A DNA stretch of 64,000 bases from Bugula neritina (GCA_964035545.1 OZ037768.1:3008741-3072740), one strand, 5' to 3'. Shown: positions 25,945 to 38,838, counted from the stretch's first letter. Notes: generated by a model from the sequence alone, not told the origin. A program made the numbers and translations.

Positions 25945-28900
25945 ATGAATTCTGGCAGTGCTTCTGCTCTTGAAAGTGAGCACGAAGCCAGTCTAGATGG
26001 CCCACCGGTGCAGGATGCCCCTGTAGGAGTAAGCAGACATGAAAAAAGCTTAGGGTTATTGACTTCGCGATTTGTAACGCTATTGCAGTCGGCTGAAGAT
26101 GGAATTTTAGACTTGAAAGCTGTAAGTTTTTACCACGTCCTCACAGTCAGAGTCACACTCGCTGTCAGTGTGAGTGTCATACTGACACTAGAATTGTCAT
26201 TCTGCCTTTAGGTATAAATTTAGTTGTTGCTCGTGCTCTTAGATTTGATAACACTCTTGTTTTAACTCAAGCTGCTTTCATTCAGGTCTCTTTGCTTGTA
26301 CTAACACTAACAGTAAGTGTAACACTAGCAGTAGCTCACAACTGACACACTCACACTGTAAGTGTAAGTGTAACACTAACTGTAACTTAGTGTCAGTGTG
26401 TAAGTGTAACTCTAAATGTAACATATACTGTTCTACTTCTAGCTTGCAGTTCTGTAAAAATAATTCAACCATTATTCATTAACAATTAATTGAGTGTCAT
26501 CAGCTTTAAGCAGTTATTAAACTGTTCCAGTAACTAGTATTCACTATAATTTAGTCATTAGTTTGAATTTTATGTCAAGTTTAAACTTGAACTCAAAATG
26601 GAAATATAATTTTATTATTCATTCTCCAAGTTCAAGTGAAAGACAAGATCATTCACCTCGGGATTGCTTATGTTTTTGCAAAATCAAATTGCATTACTAA
26701 AAACAAATGCTTATTTTGTTGTCTTTTTACTTGGATCATTTGTTATTAATAGTAATGTTATCATTATGATTATCACAATTATGATATTTTTGGAATTCTT
26801 ATCACTGTGACCATCATCATGCTCATTACTAACTCATTTTTTACAGTTATATAACTTTTATTTCAATTTGTTGCTAAATATCGAAGTATAAATAAATTGA
26901 AATTGAATTTTACTAAACGTGAGCTGAAATTAAATTAAAATTAATCAAAATTATTTTTAGTGTTTGCATAACTATAAAACTTTATCTAATGGTGATTCTT
27001 ATGCACGCAAAGAAGAGCAGATAATTATACTACTTATGCTTATGCTAGTTATAGTAATAATAATGTAGCCACTTATGCATGGCTGAAAAGATGTGACTTG
27101 ACTGTCACTCAGTGAAAGCCATACTGTGATTAATCTTTATACTTCAAGTACTGAGTGCCTTCTGCTTGCCACACAATATATTTGTATCCAGACCTGCAAA
27201 TCTACTTATTGACATCAAAGTTGAAAAGTTTGTATTTGGTGCATTTTGATTACGATAGTTGAGTACTCAGCATTCATGACCTCTATGTGAATTCTTTTGC
27301 AGGCTGCAGATATACTAGCAGTCAAACAGAAGCGAAGAATATACGATATAACAAATGTATTAGAAGGTATTGGCCTTATTGAAAAGAGAACAAAAAACTG
27401 TATACAATGGAAGTAAGTATACTAGATGGTGTAATGTATGTGCGCAGCTCTCAGTAACTCACCAAATTACGAGTTTGAGATGTACATATGGTGTGATTTA
27501 GGCATGTGGTTTATAGATGTAATTGTGATCTAAGATCACTTATTTTGTTCTACGCAACTGCAACTTAGATGTAGCACTATTGCGTGTTTTTTTAAAAGAA
27601 GTGATCGATTAGTTTGTTTGGTAGGCCAAGTACAAATACTATATATAAATACAGCTGATGCGATCTTTGTATTGAAATCACATGTTATTTCAGAGGTGCT
27701 GGTCCGAGTTGCTCGTCGGGTGAAGTCACCGACAGACTATCTGCTCTCAAACAGGAAATAGACCAACTGGAGTTGATAGAAAAGAATTTAGACCAACAGA
27801 AAAAACATATTCAACAAAATTTACGGAATGTTTCTGAAGATCCATGCAATTACACATATCCTTTGTTTTTACGCAGTTGACAGTTTTCACAATAATTCAA
27901 CTATTCCATTATTCACATTTTTCTCCAGTAAAATTTCCTAAAAGTTGTGTTTCTTATGATGCTAGTATATATGTTAGCAACATGGCTGGCTCAAGACTTC
28001 ACTTTATACCTACTCCTTAGCAAGCCTATATCTTGACCCTCGTACTACATGCATATGGTACACTAGTTCGCATGCTAAGTCATTGCAACTATATCTCTAT
28101 ATCACCAGTTACTATATCTGCTTGGTCAACCAGATTTTCATTTTGGAATCTGGTCTGTGATGTATATCTTGATATCTACTTCCCTTAACCACCGTATTGC
28201 ACTGCAGCCTATGTTACTCATAAAGATATATGCGACACATTTAAAGACCGGACATTGCTAGCTATACAGGCACCATCTGGCACCACTTTGGAAGTGCCAG
28301 TACCAGATGGGGTATGTAAGACTGCACATTTCTCTACCTTTCTAGCAGCTGCTACCTTTTGTGGTATTGCCTAATTAGGTAACTTATTGTCTGCTGATTT
28401 ACTTGAATATAATGTGATTCACACTTGCTCTTTCATTCACCTACATTGCGATAGCATCATAAACTCGAAGCATAGTCTGGAAAACTAGCTTATTTGTAGT
28501 AAAGTTTAAAGGAAAGGTGGCAGGTGGAATTGTTATTATTGCTAAGACCATCAGGGAAAATGGCGGTGGCTATTTCATTGTGTTTTCATTACAAATGCTA
28601 CTACCACTACTACTGCTGCTACTGGTGTAGGGTTACTGAAATGTATAGCCTATTAAATCCTTTAAACCTGAATTAATTGAGTTTTATGATCAAAATATTA
28701 ATTAACTTTTATATTTAGTTGATAATATTACATGCTATTTCTTAGACATTTAAGTTGTTAAAAGTATTGAATTATTAATTGTCTCTTATACTCAATTATG
28801 TAAATGCTGCGTAGTGAAAGAAACCTCATTGACTGCAGTCATTCAAGCATAATAGTGTATCATCAAGTTGTAAAAGTATGTGATATTCATCTAGCCTTCC

Positions 28901-31900
28901 CTACTTCCTTTGGACTGTCACAGCTGAGTTGGCTATCAGCTATGTTGACATTGTGTTCCTATCTTCCAATTTATTGTAACTGTAGTGTCTTTGTTTGAAG
29001 CTATTATAACTGCTATTCATCTTCCTATTGATGGTTTTTCATTCACAATTTGGACTGCCATTCAAAAAACCAACCATCCACACGGCACAGTAATGTCTAG
29101 CCATTTTATGCATTATCTGTATATAGTAACACTCACTCTATCTGTATATAGTAACAGTCACTCTATCTGCATATACTAACACTCACTTCATCTGCATATA
29201 ATGACAGTCACTCTATCTGCATATAGTGACTGTCACTCTATCTGCATATAGTAACAGTCACTCTATCTGCATATAGTAACAGTCACTCTATCTGCATATA
29301 GTGACTGTCACTATATCTGCATATAGTAACAGTCACTCTATCTGCATATATCAACTGTCAATTTGTTTCTATTGTGATAGGTGTTACTTAATTTAAATCT
29401 AAATATAAGTAAACCTTCTGTAAAAAGTTTTCCCCTATTTAATATTGGAGAAAGTTCTGTGTAAACTTGAACCTGGTAGAGATTATAATCCTGCTATATT
29501 TCTTGAATATATTGTCTCTGAATCAATATGTCTGCTTCTTGATTAGGTTCTAGGAAGTATAAACCAAGGCAGCACAGTTGGCCCGGCTGACTTACGCACA
29601 CCCAACGTAAGTTTTCATAGGCACTTTATTGGTAGACTTTTTCACGTCCTTTATAATAGACTTTTTTCAACTACTTAACCTGCCCGTTATTGCTAACAAT
29701 AAATTTTCCACGACTTCTTAAATTGAGTGTGATTTCTTTGTGACTGTTTTTGTCCACACGTAATATGCACTGTAGATGTTGAAAAGGAAGTATCAGATTC
29801 ACCTGAAAAGTGACTCAGGGCCTATCAACGTGCTGTTAGTAAACAAAGACTCGGAGTCGTCAGAACCTGTGGCTGTCCCAGTGCCACCACCCAGAGAAAA
29901 GACTTTAGCCTCAGCTTGTTTATCATCCTCGTCTTCGTCATACAGCGGGTCACCAACCAGACCCCCTCCTTCTAAAAAACTAATACTGGATAGTCCCGTG
30001 GTACGTATGGCTAGAGTTGGCGCGTTTTGCACTTGTAGTCCCTTGTTACTACTTAGTGACTTGTAGATATTGTTCAGATATACCAGAGCAGTCCTGGGGG
30101 GAATGTAAGGAGCTGTACCTTTGCTAGTCTATCGATTGTGAAAACTGAACTAATGTTACACTAAGTGTGTAGCCACAAACGTATTTTTATCTTGAGAAAA
30201 TATTTAGCCAACATGTTGAGACCAGAATTTTACACTAATTACATATTTTTATATAGTATGTGATGTGCAATGCTGGTTGTGTAATGTATATGCGTTATGG
30301 TATATAAGCCTTACTAGATGTATATGTGTTATGGAAACGTGTTTCTGTAGAATTCTGGGACGACTTCTCCAAAGACGAGGCTCAGAAACTCTCCACGCAA
30401 AGCGTCTATCTCTATAAATAACAGTGAGTGTGATTCATATCTCCTGGTGAAATGTTTCCATGTACACTAGTCACACACCTCTGTATACTAGTCACATACC
30501 TCTGTATACTAGTCACATACCTCTGTATACTAGTCACATACCTCTGTATACTAGTCACATACCTCTGTACACTAGTCACACACCTCTGTATACTAGTCAC
30601 ATACCTCTGTATACTAGTCACACACCTCTGTATACTAGTCACACACCTCTGTATACTAGGCACATACCTCTGTATACTAGTCACATACCTCTGTATACTA
30701 GTCGCACACCTCTGTACACTAGTCACATACCTCTGTATACTCTTCTTATATAAAATACCTCCAATGTGGCTGTTATGAAGTTTCAATGTGATGGCAAAAT
30801 ATTTTAAAACTTTCAGCTTGTTCATTTGCTTGTTGCTAATTAGTTGATCAATGATGTTAATAAATGTCAATTATCTTGTTGGAGAAATTTTTTCTGCTTT
30901 TACATAAGTTGTTAGTTGTAATTTTTCAGGGATCTAAAACATGATTATTAGAGAAAATGCCAATTTTTTTATATTGTTTTTTTATATATATTGCCAGTTC
31001 TACACTCAATAAACGATGGTGACGGACAAGATATACTTAAAGGAGAAGCGGAGCAGCCGTCAGAACTAGTGACACCTGGTGGCATGTTCTCCAACTCGCA
31101 CCAGACAGAGTATAGTGTAGACGAGCTCATGTCATCAGAAAGTGAGTCTCTCGCTGATTATCATGACTGTTACTATGGCAACTGTTGCTACTGTTTAAAG
31201 TGGTTAATATTTGCGTACATGGCTGGTCTAACCTTGTACACTGTCTGGATTTTCCCTGTACAGTTATTAACTTGAGTAGGAAACATCAAAACTTCCAATA
31301 GGTGGGACGAAGAAGACCTTTGACCTTTGGCCAGTCTATTTCTTGGTATCCCCAGTGGGGGGGGGGGCATTCAGTATCTGTTCTTCTGAGTACTTAGTAT
31401 GTCTGTTAATGTATATTCTGTTGTTTTAATATTTGGTGTACAGTCTAATATGTGTATGTTGTAGTGTGTATACAGATGTAATATGTGTATATTGTATTGT
31501 GTATACAGATGTAATATGTGTATATTGTAGTAGTGTGTATACAGATGTAATATGTGTATATTGTATTGTGTATACAGATGTGATATGTGTATATTGTAGT
31601 AGTGTGTATACAGATGTAATATGTGTATATTGTATTGTGTATACAGATGTAATATGTGTATATTGTAGTAGTGTGTATACAGATGTGATATGTGTATATT
31701 GTAGTGTGTATACAGATGTAATATGTGTATATTGTAGTAGTGTGTATACAGATGTAATATGTGTATATTGTATTGTGTATACAGATGTAATATGTGTATA
31801 TTGTATTGTGTATACAGATGTAATATGTGTATATTGTAGTAGTGTGTATACAGATGTAATATGTGTATATTGTATTGTGTATACAGATGTGATATGTGTA

Positions 31901-33089
31901 TATTGTAGTAGTGTGTATACAGATGTAATATGTGTATATTGTATTGTGTATACAGATGTAATATGTGTATATTGTAGTAGTGTGTATACAGATGTGATAT
32001 GTGTATATTGTAGTGTGTATACAGATGTAATATGTGTATATTGTAGTAGTGTGTATACAGATGTAATATGTGTATATTGTATTGTGTATACAGATGTAAT
32101 ATGTGTATATTGTAGTAGTGTGTATACAGATGTGATATGTGTATATTGTAGTGTGTATACAGATGTAATATGTGTATATTGTATTGTGTATACAGATGTA
32201 ATATGTGTATATTGTAGTAGTGTGTATACAGATGTGATATGTGTATATTGTAGTGTGTATACAGATGTAATATGTGTATATTGTAGTAGTGTGTATACAG
32301 ATGTAATATGTGTATATTGTATTGTGTATACAGATGTAATATGTGTATATTGTAGTAGTGTGTATACAGATGTGATATGTGTATATTGTAGTGTGTATAC
32401 AGATGTAATATGTGTATATTGTAGTAGTGTGTATACAGATGTGATATGTGTATATTGTAGTGTGTATACAGATGTAATATGTGTATATTGTATTGTGTAT
32501 ACAGATGTAATATGTGTATATTGTAGTAGTGTGTATACAGATGTAATATGTGTATATTGTAGTAGTGTGTATACAGATGTGATATGTGTATATTGTAGTG
32601 TGTATACAGATGTAATATGTGTATATTGTAGTAGTGTGTATACAGATGTAATATGTGTATATTGTATTGTGTATACAGATGTAATATGTGTATATTGTAG
32701 TAGTGTGTATACAGATGTGATATGTGTATATTGTAGTGTGTATACAGATGTAATATGTGTATATTGTATTGTGTATACAGATGTAATATGTGTATATTGT
32801 ATTGTGTATACAGATGTGATATGTGTATATTGTAGTAGTGTGTATACAGATGTAATATGTGTATATTGTAGTAGTGTGTATACAGATGTAATATGTGTAT
32901 ATTGTATTGTGTATACAGATGTAATATGTGTATATTGTATTGTGTATACAGATGTGATCTGTGTATATTGTAGTGTTCTCACCTCTGTTACGACTGAGCC
33001 CACCACCAAGTGATCGAGACTATTACTTCAATCTAGACGACACAGAAGGAGTAGCAGATCTATTTGATATTATTAATTACCCGGTATAG
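25945..33089 (+). CDS. E2F4: E2F4/E2F5-like transcription factor
   Basis: Exons 25945-26121, 27303-27412, 27694-27855, 28203-28311, 29776-30000, 30351-30423, 30998-31141, 32974-33089. DNA-binding domain [11 protein letters not shown]...[19 protein letters not shown], marked box AYVTHKDI...[12 protein letters not shown]...[17 protein letters not shown], and C-terminal pocket-protein-binding motif [31 protein letters not shown]. The short N-terminus fits the E2F4/5 class; E2F4 versus E2F5 cannot be resolved. Confidence 0.93.
27856..28202 (+). other. U12-type (minor spliceosome) AT-AC intron in the E2F gene
   Basis: 5' end ATATCCTTT, branch site TCCCTTAAC at 28181-28189, terminal AC at 28201-28202; splicing restores DPCNYTAAYVTH in frame. 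Confidence 0.92.
29112..29352. repeat. ~25-bp intronic minisatellite (TCACTCTATCTGCATATAGTAACAG)
   Basis: About nine tandem copies visible. Confidence 0.85.
30461..30740. repeat. 21-bp intronic minisatellite (TGTATACTAGTCACATACCTC)
   Basis: About 13 tandem copies; source of three spurious ORFs. Confidence 0.9.
31433..32973. repeat. 33/36-bp minisatellite (TGTGTATACAGATGTRATATGTGTATATTGTA[G/T][TAG]) filling the last E2F intron
   Basis: Roughly 45 units; the final unit provides the AG acceptor at 32972-32973. Confidence 0.95.
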
Positions 33090-33706
33090 AAGTTTATAGA
33101 CCGGCTCTAAACTCTACTATATTTTATTTACCCATTCGGAAATATGCAAAAATAATGATAATCAAACATCCCAAATTAGTCAGTTCAGCTGCATCCAAAG
33201 AGTTGTCTATCTTTTTAGACGGTGACGGCACAAACTTTTGCTATTATCTGCCTGTCCTTCAAATGTTCATCTCCAAGTGGCAATTTAAGAAAAAATGTTA
33301 AATTTAATTTTGCTCAAAATAGATGATTTTATATAGTTCTTGCACGTGTAGAGCGTTCCTGTAGAAGTTATCTAACCTTTGCTAAATGTTTTGTTAAGTC
33401 GTTGGATTTAATTCTTTCGCTAATATGAAGTTGTTTTCTCCTAACAATTATCACATCCCACGAAGTGCTTTGAAAGTTTATTAATTATGGGTACGCTAAG
33501 GTTTTCCAACTAATACTATGCAAGCAACGCTATGTTATTTGAGCAGATTTCTTGAAAAATTTTCTTTATTGATATTTATTCTTAATGAAGGCTCACTTAA
33601 GAGATCTTTCACTTGTAGAGTAGTTCTATATCACTCATATGACTTACTCTTCAGTTTTTCTTTAAATCCTTTGTACAGTTTTACAAATTTAATGTATATA
33701 TTTGTA

Positions 33707-33712
33707 AATAAA
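33707..33712 (+). terminator. Candidate polyadenylation signal of the E2F gene (AATAAA)
   Basis: AATAAA about 620 nt after the stop codon, followed by T/GT-rich sequence. Confidence 0.4.
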
Positions 33713-34056
33713 AGATTTAGTTTTGATTTGAAATGCTAAAGTCGTCTTTCTAAAGTTGGGGGTAGTCATATATTAGAATTGTTCCAAGTGTGGAAAGTCT
33801 GTTGCCTTCTTAGCTTGCTGTGGTGTTCTAACAATGGTTGTTGTGCAAACAATGTTTATTGGTGTACAAGCATCATAACTACAATGTCTTTATGTTGGGG
33901 GATTTTATTTTCATATTGAAGTTGCAAAATTTTTAAAAGTAAACGATCAACTCCACCGCTACAACACTGTATTGTGTTGGAAAGTATGGGCACTGTTATC
34001 AAATCTATATTTTATGAAATATAATGGTATTTGTGATACAAAAATACACAGCTATC

Positions 34057-34091
<35 letters not shown>

Positions 34092-34509
34092 TGTCAAATT
34101 ACATAAGATGAATAATTTAGCATACTTGTATTATAGGGTACTCAAGTATAAAAGATATAGCCTCACATGTAATAGATTTCTAATAATAGGCTTTCACACA
34201 ATATAATTTAAGTAGCTAATAATATGAGAGAAAGTAAGTTGTAAGTGTTATATGCCTGCATGATCAACCAGGTAGTGACTAACAGGTACAAGATAACATG
34301 CTATAAAAATTAGCAAAATATTATTAATGCAAGGTACCCAAGCACTCAATAGAAGACTCCTAATTTATATATTATATACTTTTAGATTAGTATAATATTA
34401 TAATATATAATAGCACTTTGTAATAATATTGTTAGTAGCCTACAACTTCATAACCAGTCAACTGCAAATTAATAGTATAGAGTTCTTACTTCACAGATAG
34501 ACTGCTTCT

Positions 34510-37500
34510 TTATATAGCTGTGTTGGCTACAAACAGTATACAAACTAAGCTATACACACCACACTGTGTCTTATTTGATACAAAATTCAGTTAGAGATTT
34601 TAAAGTTACTTTGTTAACAGAAATTGGGACTGAATAACCAAAACTTTATAATAGAATGTGTATAGTCAAGTAGCAACTATTATAAGCAAGAAATTAATGT
34701 CTAGTTTCATACCTATGCTCATATACACTGAGTACAAAAATGCACATAACTGCACAATATTATATAAGGTATAAAAGAATACATACCCTGATCCTCAGGT
34801 GCTGCTGTAGCTGCTGCCGATACAGACTGAGCTCTGCACAACGCAGTGTGCCTAAAACAGTCAACTCATGTAGTGTATTATGTTTTGATCTTTTGTTTGA
34901 ATGTTGTGAGAATTAATTTATGAGTATACAGTGATATATTATACTATTTACAATTATATATTTTATGATGTTTATATATTATAGGCTTGTATTGTATTTA
35001 ATCTGAGAAATTGTAGCTTATAACCTTGTAATAATATTTTAAACTTGGCAAGTAAACTTCCAAATAGTATCCTACTAATTTGTAGTGTGATGAACTTTTT
35101 GACAAAATGTAGTTTCTAGCATAATATTTAAATAATATAATTACTAGTGTTATATCTACTGACACTGTGAGATCATTTACACAAACTCCTATCAGTTTCA
35201 AGACCAGATGAGAACCCTTGATGACAGGGCTTTAAGTAGGCCAAAGTCTGTGATTTCTGTCAAGGTTTGAAGGATTTACTGAAGCTTAGGAGCAATTATC
35301 ATGATCTTGCTGACATCTCTAATGACAGTAACTTTACTAAGTGGAAAAATTTATGATGAGACCACCTAAGAAGTTTCCAGACTAAATTGAATGGTAAGAC
35401 AACTATAGAATAGGCTACCTGTATAAGCTGTTGAATGAGAAGTAGACCAGTCCTTTCAAGGAGTACTCAAGTACTAGACTATGTCTAGCTATTTCCAACC
35501 AAGTTAATAGAGTTGCTGGAGGCAAATAAGTCCAGTGAATTAGTGCTTGCATCAATATTCTGCAATGCCAGACAGACTATTGGTGTTTAATTGAACAACC
35601 AATATGATTCACTTGGTGACTGGTAAAAATGGCACAGGTAAAAATGGCACAGGTAATAATGGCACAGGTAATAATGGCACAAATGGCAAAGTAGGTAAAA
35701 AATGGCACGTTTTCAATATCTAATTTGAAATTTTAGCATACTCAAGGGGGCAAATACATAATTTGAGGAAAATATTAATAGGTGATAACATTTTTACTAT
35801 TACAAATAATCAAGTTGGGTGGTGAAAGATTAACATTAGTATGGTATATACTTTTTAGTGTTTCTTTTTTTAACGACATATATATAGGATATTTATAGAT
35901 AGGCTTTTAGTCTATTTCACCATGATCCTATGTAGTATATTAGTTTAAACTGCATACTAGACTATTATATATATAGCATTATTAAAACATTTTAGGGTAA
36001 AAGTTGATATGTTTGGTTATATAAGATTATACTACTCACCTCTCCTTCTGAGCTGCATGATCAAATAAGGTTACAATATGATTTGGTCCAGTTTTGTTTT
36101 CTATTTACTGTTAATTTTACAAACCCTTTACAGCACTGGGATAACCTATATATTATGTGCAGTGGCTTGCTTTTAAAAATGCTTTGATCAAAATGTTTTT
36201 TATCAAGCAAGTTTATGTAGAATGGTCTCAAAAACTGTTTTGGGACCATAGAACTATTTATGAGAAACTTACAAAGGGGTCTCACAAATCAGCTTCCAGG
36301 CTAACACTGCAGTCAGCATCACCACAACCGTATGAAACTCTTCCTCCAAGGAATATTGCCTGGTAGCCCACGTTAGAAAAATTATCAGTAGCAATGTCAG
36401 CCCATAGGGTATATAAACTGTAAAAAGCTATAAGATAAAAATTAGAACTTGTAAAGAATAAATTATAGAACCCACTATAAAGGTCAGAATTGCAGATTTT
36501 TTAAAAGTAAAAGTTATAACAGAGGCTTTTCGCATGAGAGTTTGTTTGACTATATATAAGAAAAAGCAATCACATGTGAAACTGTATAAGCATCAATTCA
36601 AAGACTATAAATCTAAAAAAACCCTTCTGCTTTATAACAGTATAAACGATTAAATTTTAGTTTCCATTATGTCCAATTAAAAGGTCTTAAGGTCATCATA
36701 TAACCTTCATATGCTATTTGTGATGGTAATTATTGATGTGTTTCTCTAAATAAAGCAAGGTCACTAAATGTTAAAAGTTCTTGTCTAAATGCTTATTAGT
36801 TTAAAAATTGTTTGACCCTTAGGCCTAAGGTTCTCACACTAAATGCTTTAGGAAAAATAACCATTTCTTTTCAGAGTAGCAATTTAATAAGAGTAGGGGT
36901 TTCGCAGTAATCAACTTCTAAAACTATTTACAGCCTCCACAAAAAGCTATTGCACGCACCTGGCTGATTTGGGACAAGTAGGTAAAAGATGGCACATTTT
37001 CAGTATCAGGGTTTGCAGAGGAGAGTTGGGAATTTGAGGTTTAACTTTGAGGTGAGGGTTTGAGTTTGGGGTGGGGGTTTGAGTTTGGGGTGGGGGTTTG
37101 AGTTTGGGGTGGGGGTTTGGGGTTTGAGAAGATTTACCATCAGTGTGCCTTGTTTTCCTACTTTTCAATTTGCCCAATTTTTACCTGTGCCATTATTACA
37201 TGTGCCACTTTTACCTGTGCCATTTTCACTTGTGCCATTATTACCTAAACTGCTTTTGAATTTATCTGTGTATACATGTTTGCTGAAAGATAAGCAAAAT
37301 TTATAACTGTTGTGGCAAGCAGTATGCAAAAAAAAATTCTATAGCACATTTATAATATTTTCTGTTATAGAATATTCATTAAAGATATTGCTTTGTTTGT
37401 CACCAGAACTCACCCCATAGACTCTCAAGTACTCAAAGACGTAACTTCTATAGAAATCTGGACTCGAGATCTCATGTCTGTCTTTCCAAGCTATCAGCTT

Positions 37501-38251
37501 TGTTAGCAGCCATCCTGGCAAACTTAGAGCCACAGAAACAACCAGAACTCCTATGATCACAGCTATGACTCTTGATAAGGAGATCCTACAGTACCACTTG
37601 TTTAATTAGAATATTCTTTTTTCATAAAGATATATTTTAGTTGCATTTTTGAAAAAAGTTGAATTCTATATCTTTGTTATAAATTAAAGCTAAATGATGC
37701 AGAAGAGCTACCATAGACCAAGCAAAGGTTCATACAGTCCATACAAGTATGACCAGTCTTTTGTATACAACATAAAAACACTAACTAACAACTCACCATG
37801 ATTTAAATTGCTTCACTCCTATGTGTATAAGAGAAATAACTGCCATTGCTAAGATGACAAACTCAGAAGCTGTTGCCAAGAAAGAAAGAAAATGTGGTGC
37901 TAAGTTGATGAGCAAGTATTGGAAGTTAGAGTCGTAGAAGAGAGGATCAGAGGAAATTGGCAGTGGAGATCCCTTCCTGGCATACACAGTAAGTTGGTAT
38001 ATGCTCCATAAAATGTTCATTCCGAGGTCAAACAGTCCAACTGCTAGAAACAGTCCATATGCGTTCTTGGTGCACCCATATCTTCTTACCAGCAGAATGA
38101 GTACAATGACATTAAGTAAGTTTAACACTGCTCCAATGACATTAAGACCAGCATGTCCAAGATTGAGGGCAACGCTTAGCTGGTCTGGGGTGAAGGAAGA
38201 AGAATGGGTGGTGTATTTGTACTCATAATCAGAGGTAGGAGGAAATGTCAT
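34510..38251 (-). CDS. Orphan class A-like 7TM receptor (GPCR), copy 1, ~334 aa
   Basis: Exons (minus strand) 38251-37797, 37585-37414, 36427-36273, 35559-35419, 34851-34787, 34526-34510, all GT-AG and in frame; seven hydrophobic segments; TM2 LAVGLFDL, TM4 SLPGW, TM5 YIPYG, TM6 CETP, TM7 KGLVY; ends NTAI*. Confidence 0.8.
35622..35719 (+). mobile_element. Foldback/MITE-like terminal arm made of 15-bp GGTAAWAATGGCACA subrepeats
   Basis: Four tandem 15-mers plus a tail; the inverted counterpart is at 37143-37245; absent from the homologous intron of copy 3. Confidence 0.6.
36977..37245. mobile_element. Foldback/MITE-like element with GGGGTTTGAGTTT core and TGTGCCATTWTTACC terminal subrepeats
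   Basis: Truncated left arm, G-rich repeated core and complete right arm; a degenerate homologue lies at ~48987-49700 in copy 3. Confidence 0.6.
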
Positions 38252-38838
38252 GACTCTGTTTTAAAAAATGTTGTAAGAATTATAGATATTATATGCATTA
38301 GAGAAAATTTACAACTTTCTTAAGAGAAAGGTCAATTACAGTATGTTATGCTAAACTCACCAATTTCTGTTGAACTTCAGTAAATAGTCAACCCACAACT
38401 GTATATATACTAACTCCACCACAGGTTTATACAAGTCAACAATTCAACTTGACCTGAACGACTTGAAATTCGCAATACTGAGTGTTACCATAGCTGTAAC
38501 AGGACTTTAATAGGCCTACTCATGGATTTATCAAATGTTGCACTACTAGTATTACCAAGAGAGTAAATAATACACCACTCTATTCACTATTGTGTAAGAA
38601 TGTGCATATCAAATGTTGTTTGTGCCTTAAATTCATTGCATTAAATCAGTAACTCAATATGATATGTGCAGAGAAGAAAAAATGTTAAATGAAACCAAAA
38701 TGTATTGTATAAAATGTATGGTGTTTATTGTTATTCATTCTATAAGTTATAAAATCTTTTGTTGTGAACCTGGGTTGATGTAGGAGGAAACATATGTACT
38801 AGAAGTGTACGTAGTATGAGATGTGTGAACAGGAAGTG

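Noticed and set aside
30412-30870. Repetitive ORFs of 97-152 aa
   Set aside because: They derive from a 21-bp minisatellite inside an E2F intron.
31433-32973. CRISPR-like appearance of regularly spaced repeats (also 58960-59330)
   Set aside because: No unique spacers, no cas genes, and a eukaryotic intronic or intergenic context.
31426-33013. 527-aa and 526-aa ORFs on both strands
   Set aside because: Translations of a 33/36-bp intronic minisatellite whose unit length is a multiple of 3; the real coding exon starts at 32974 in another frame.
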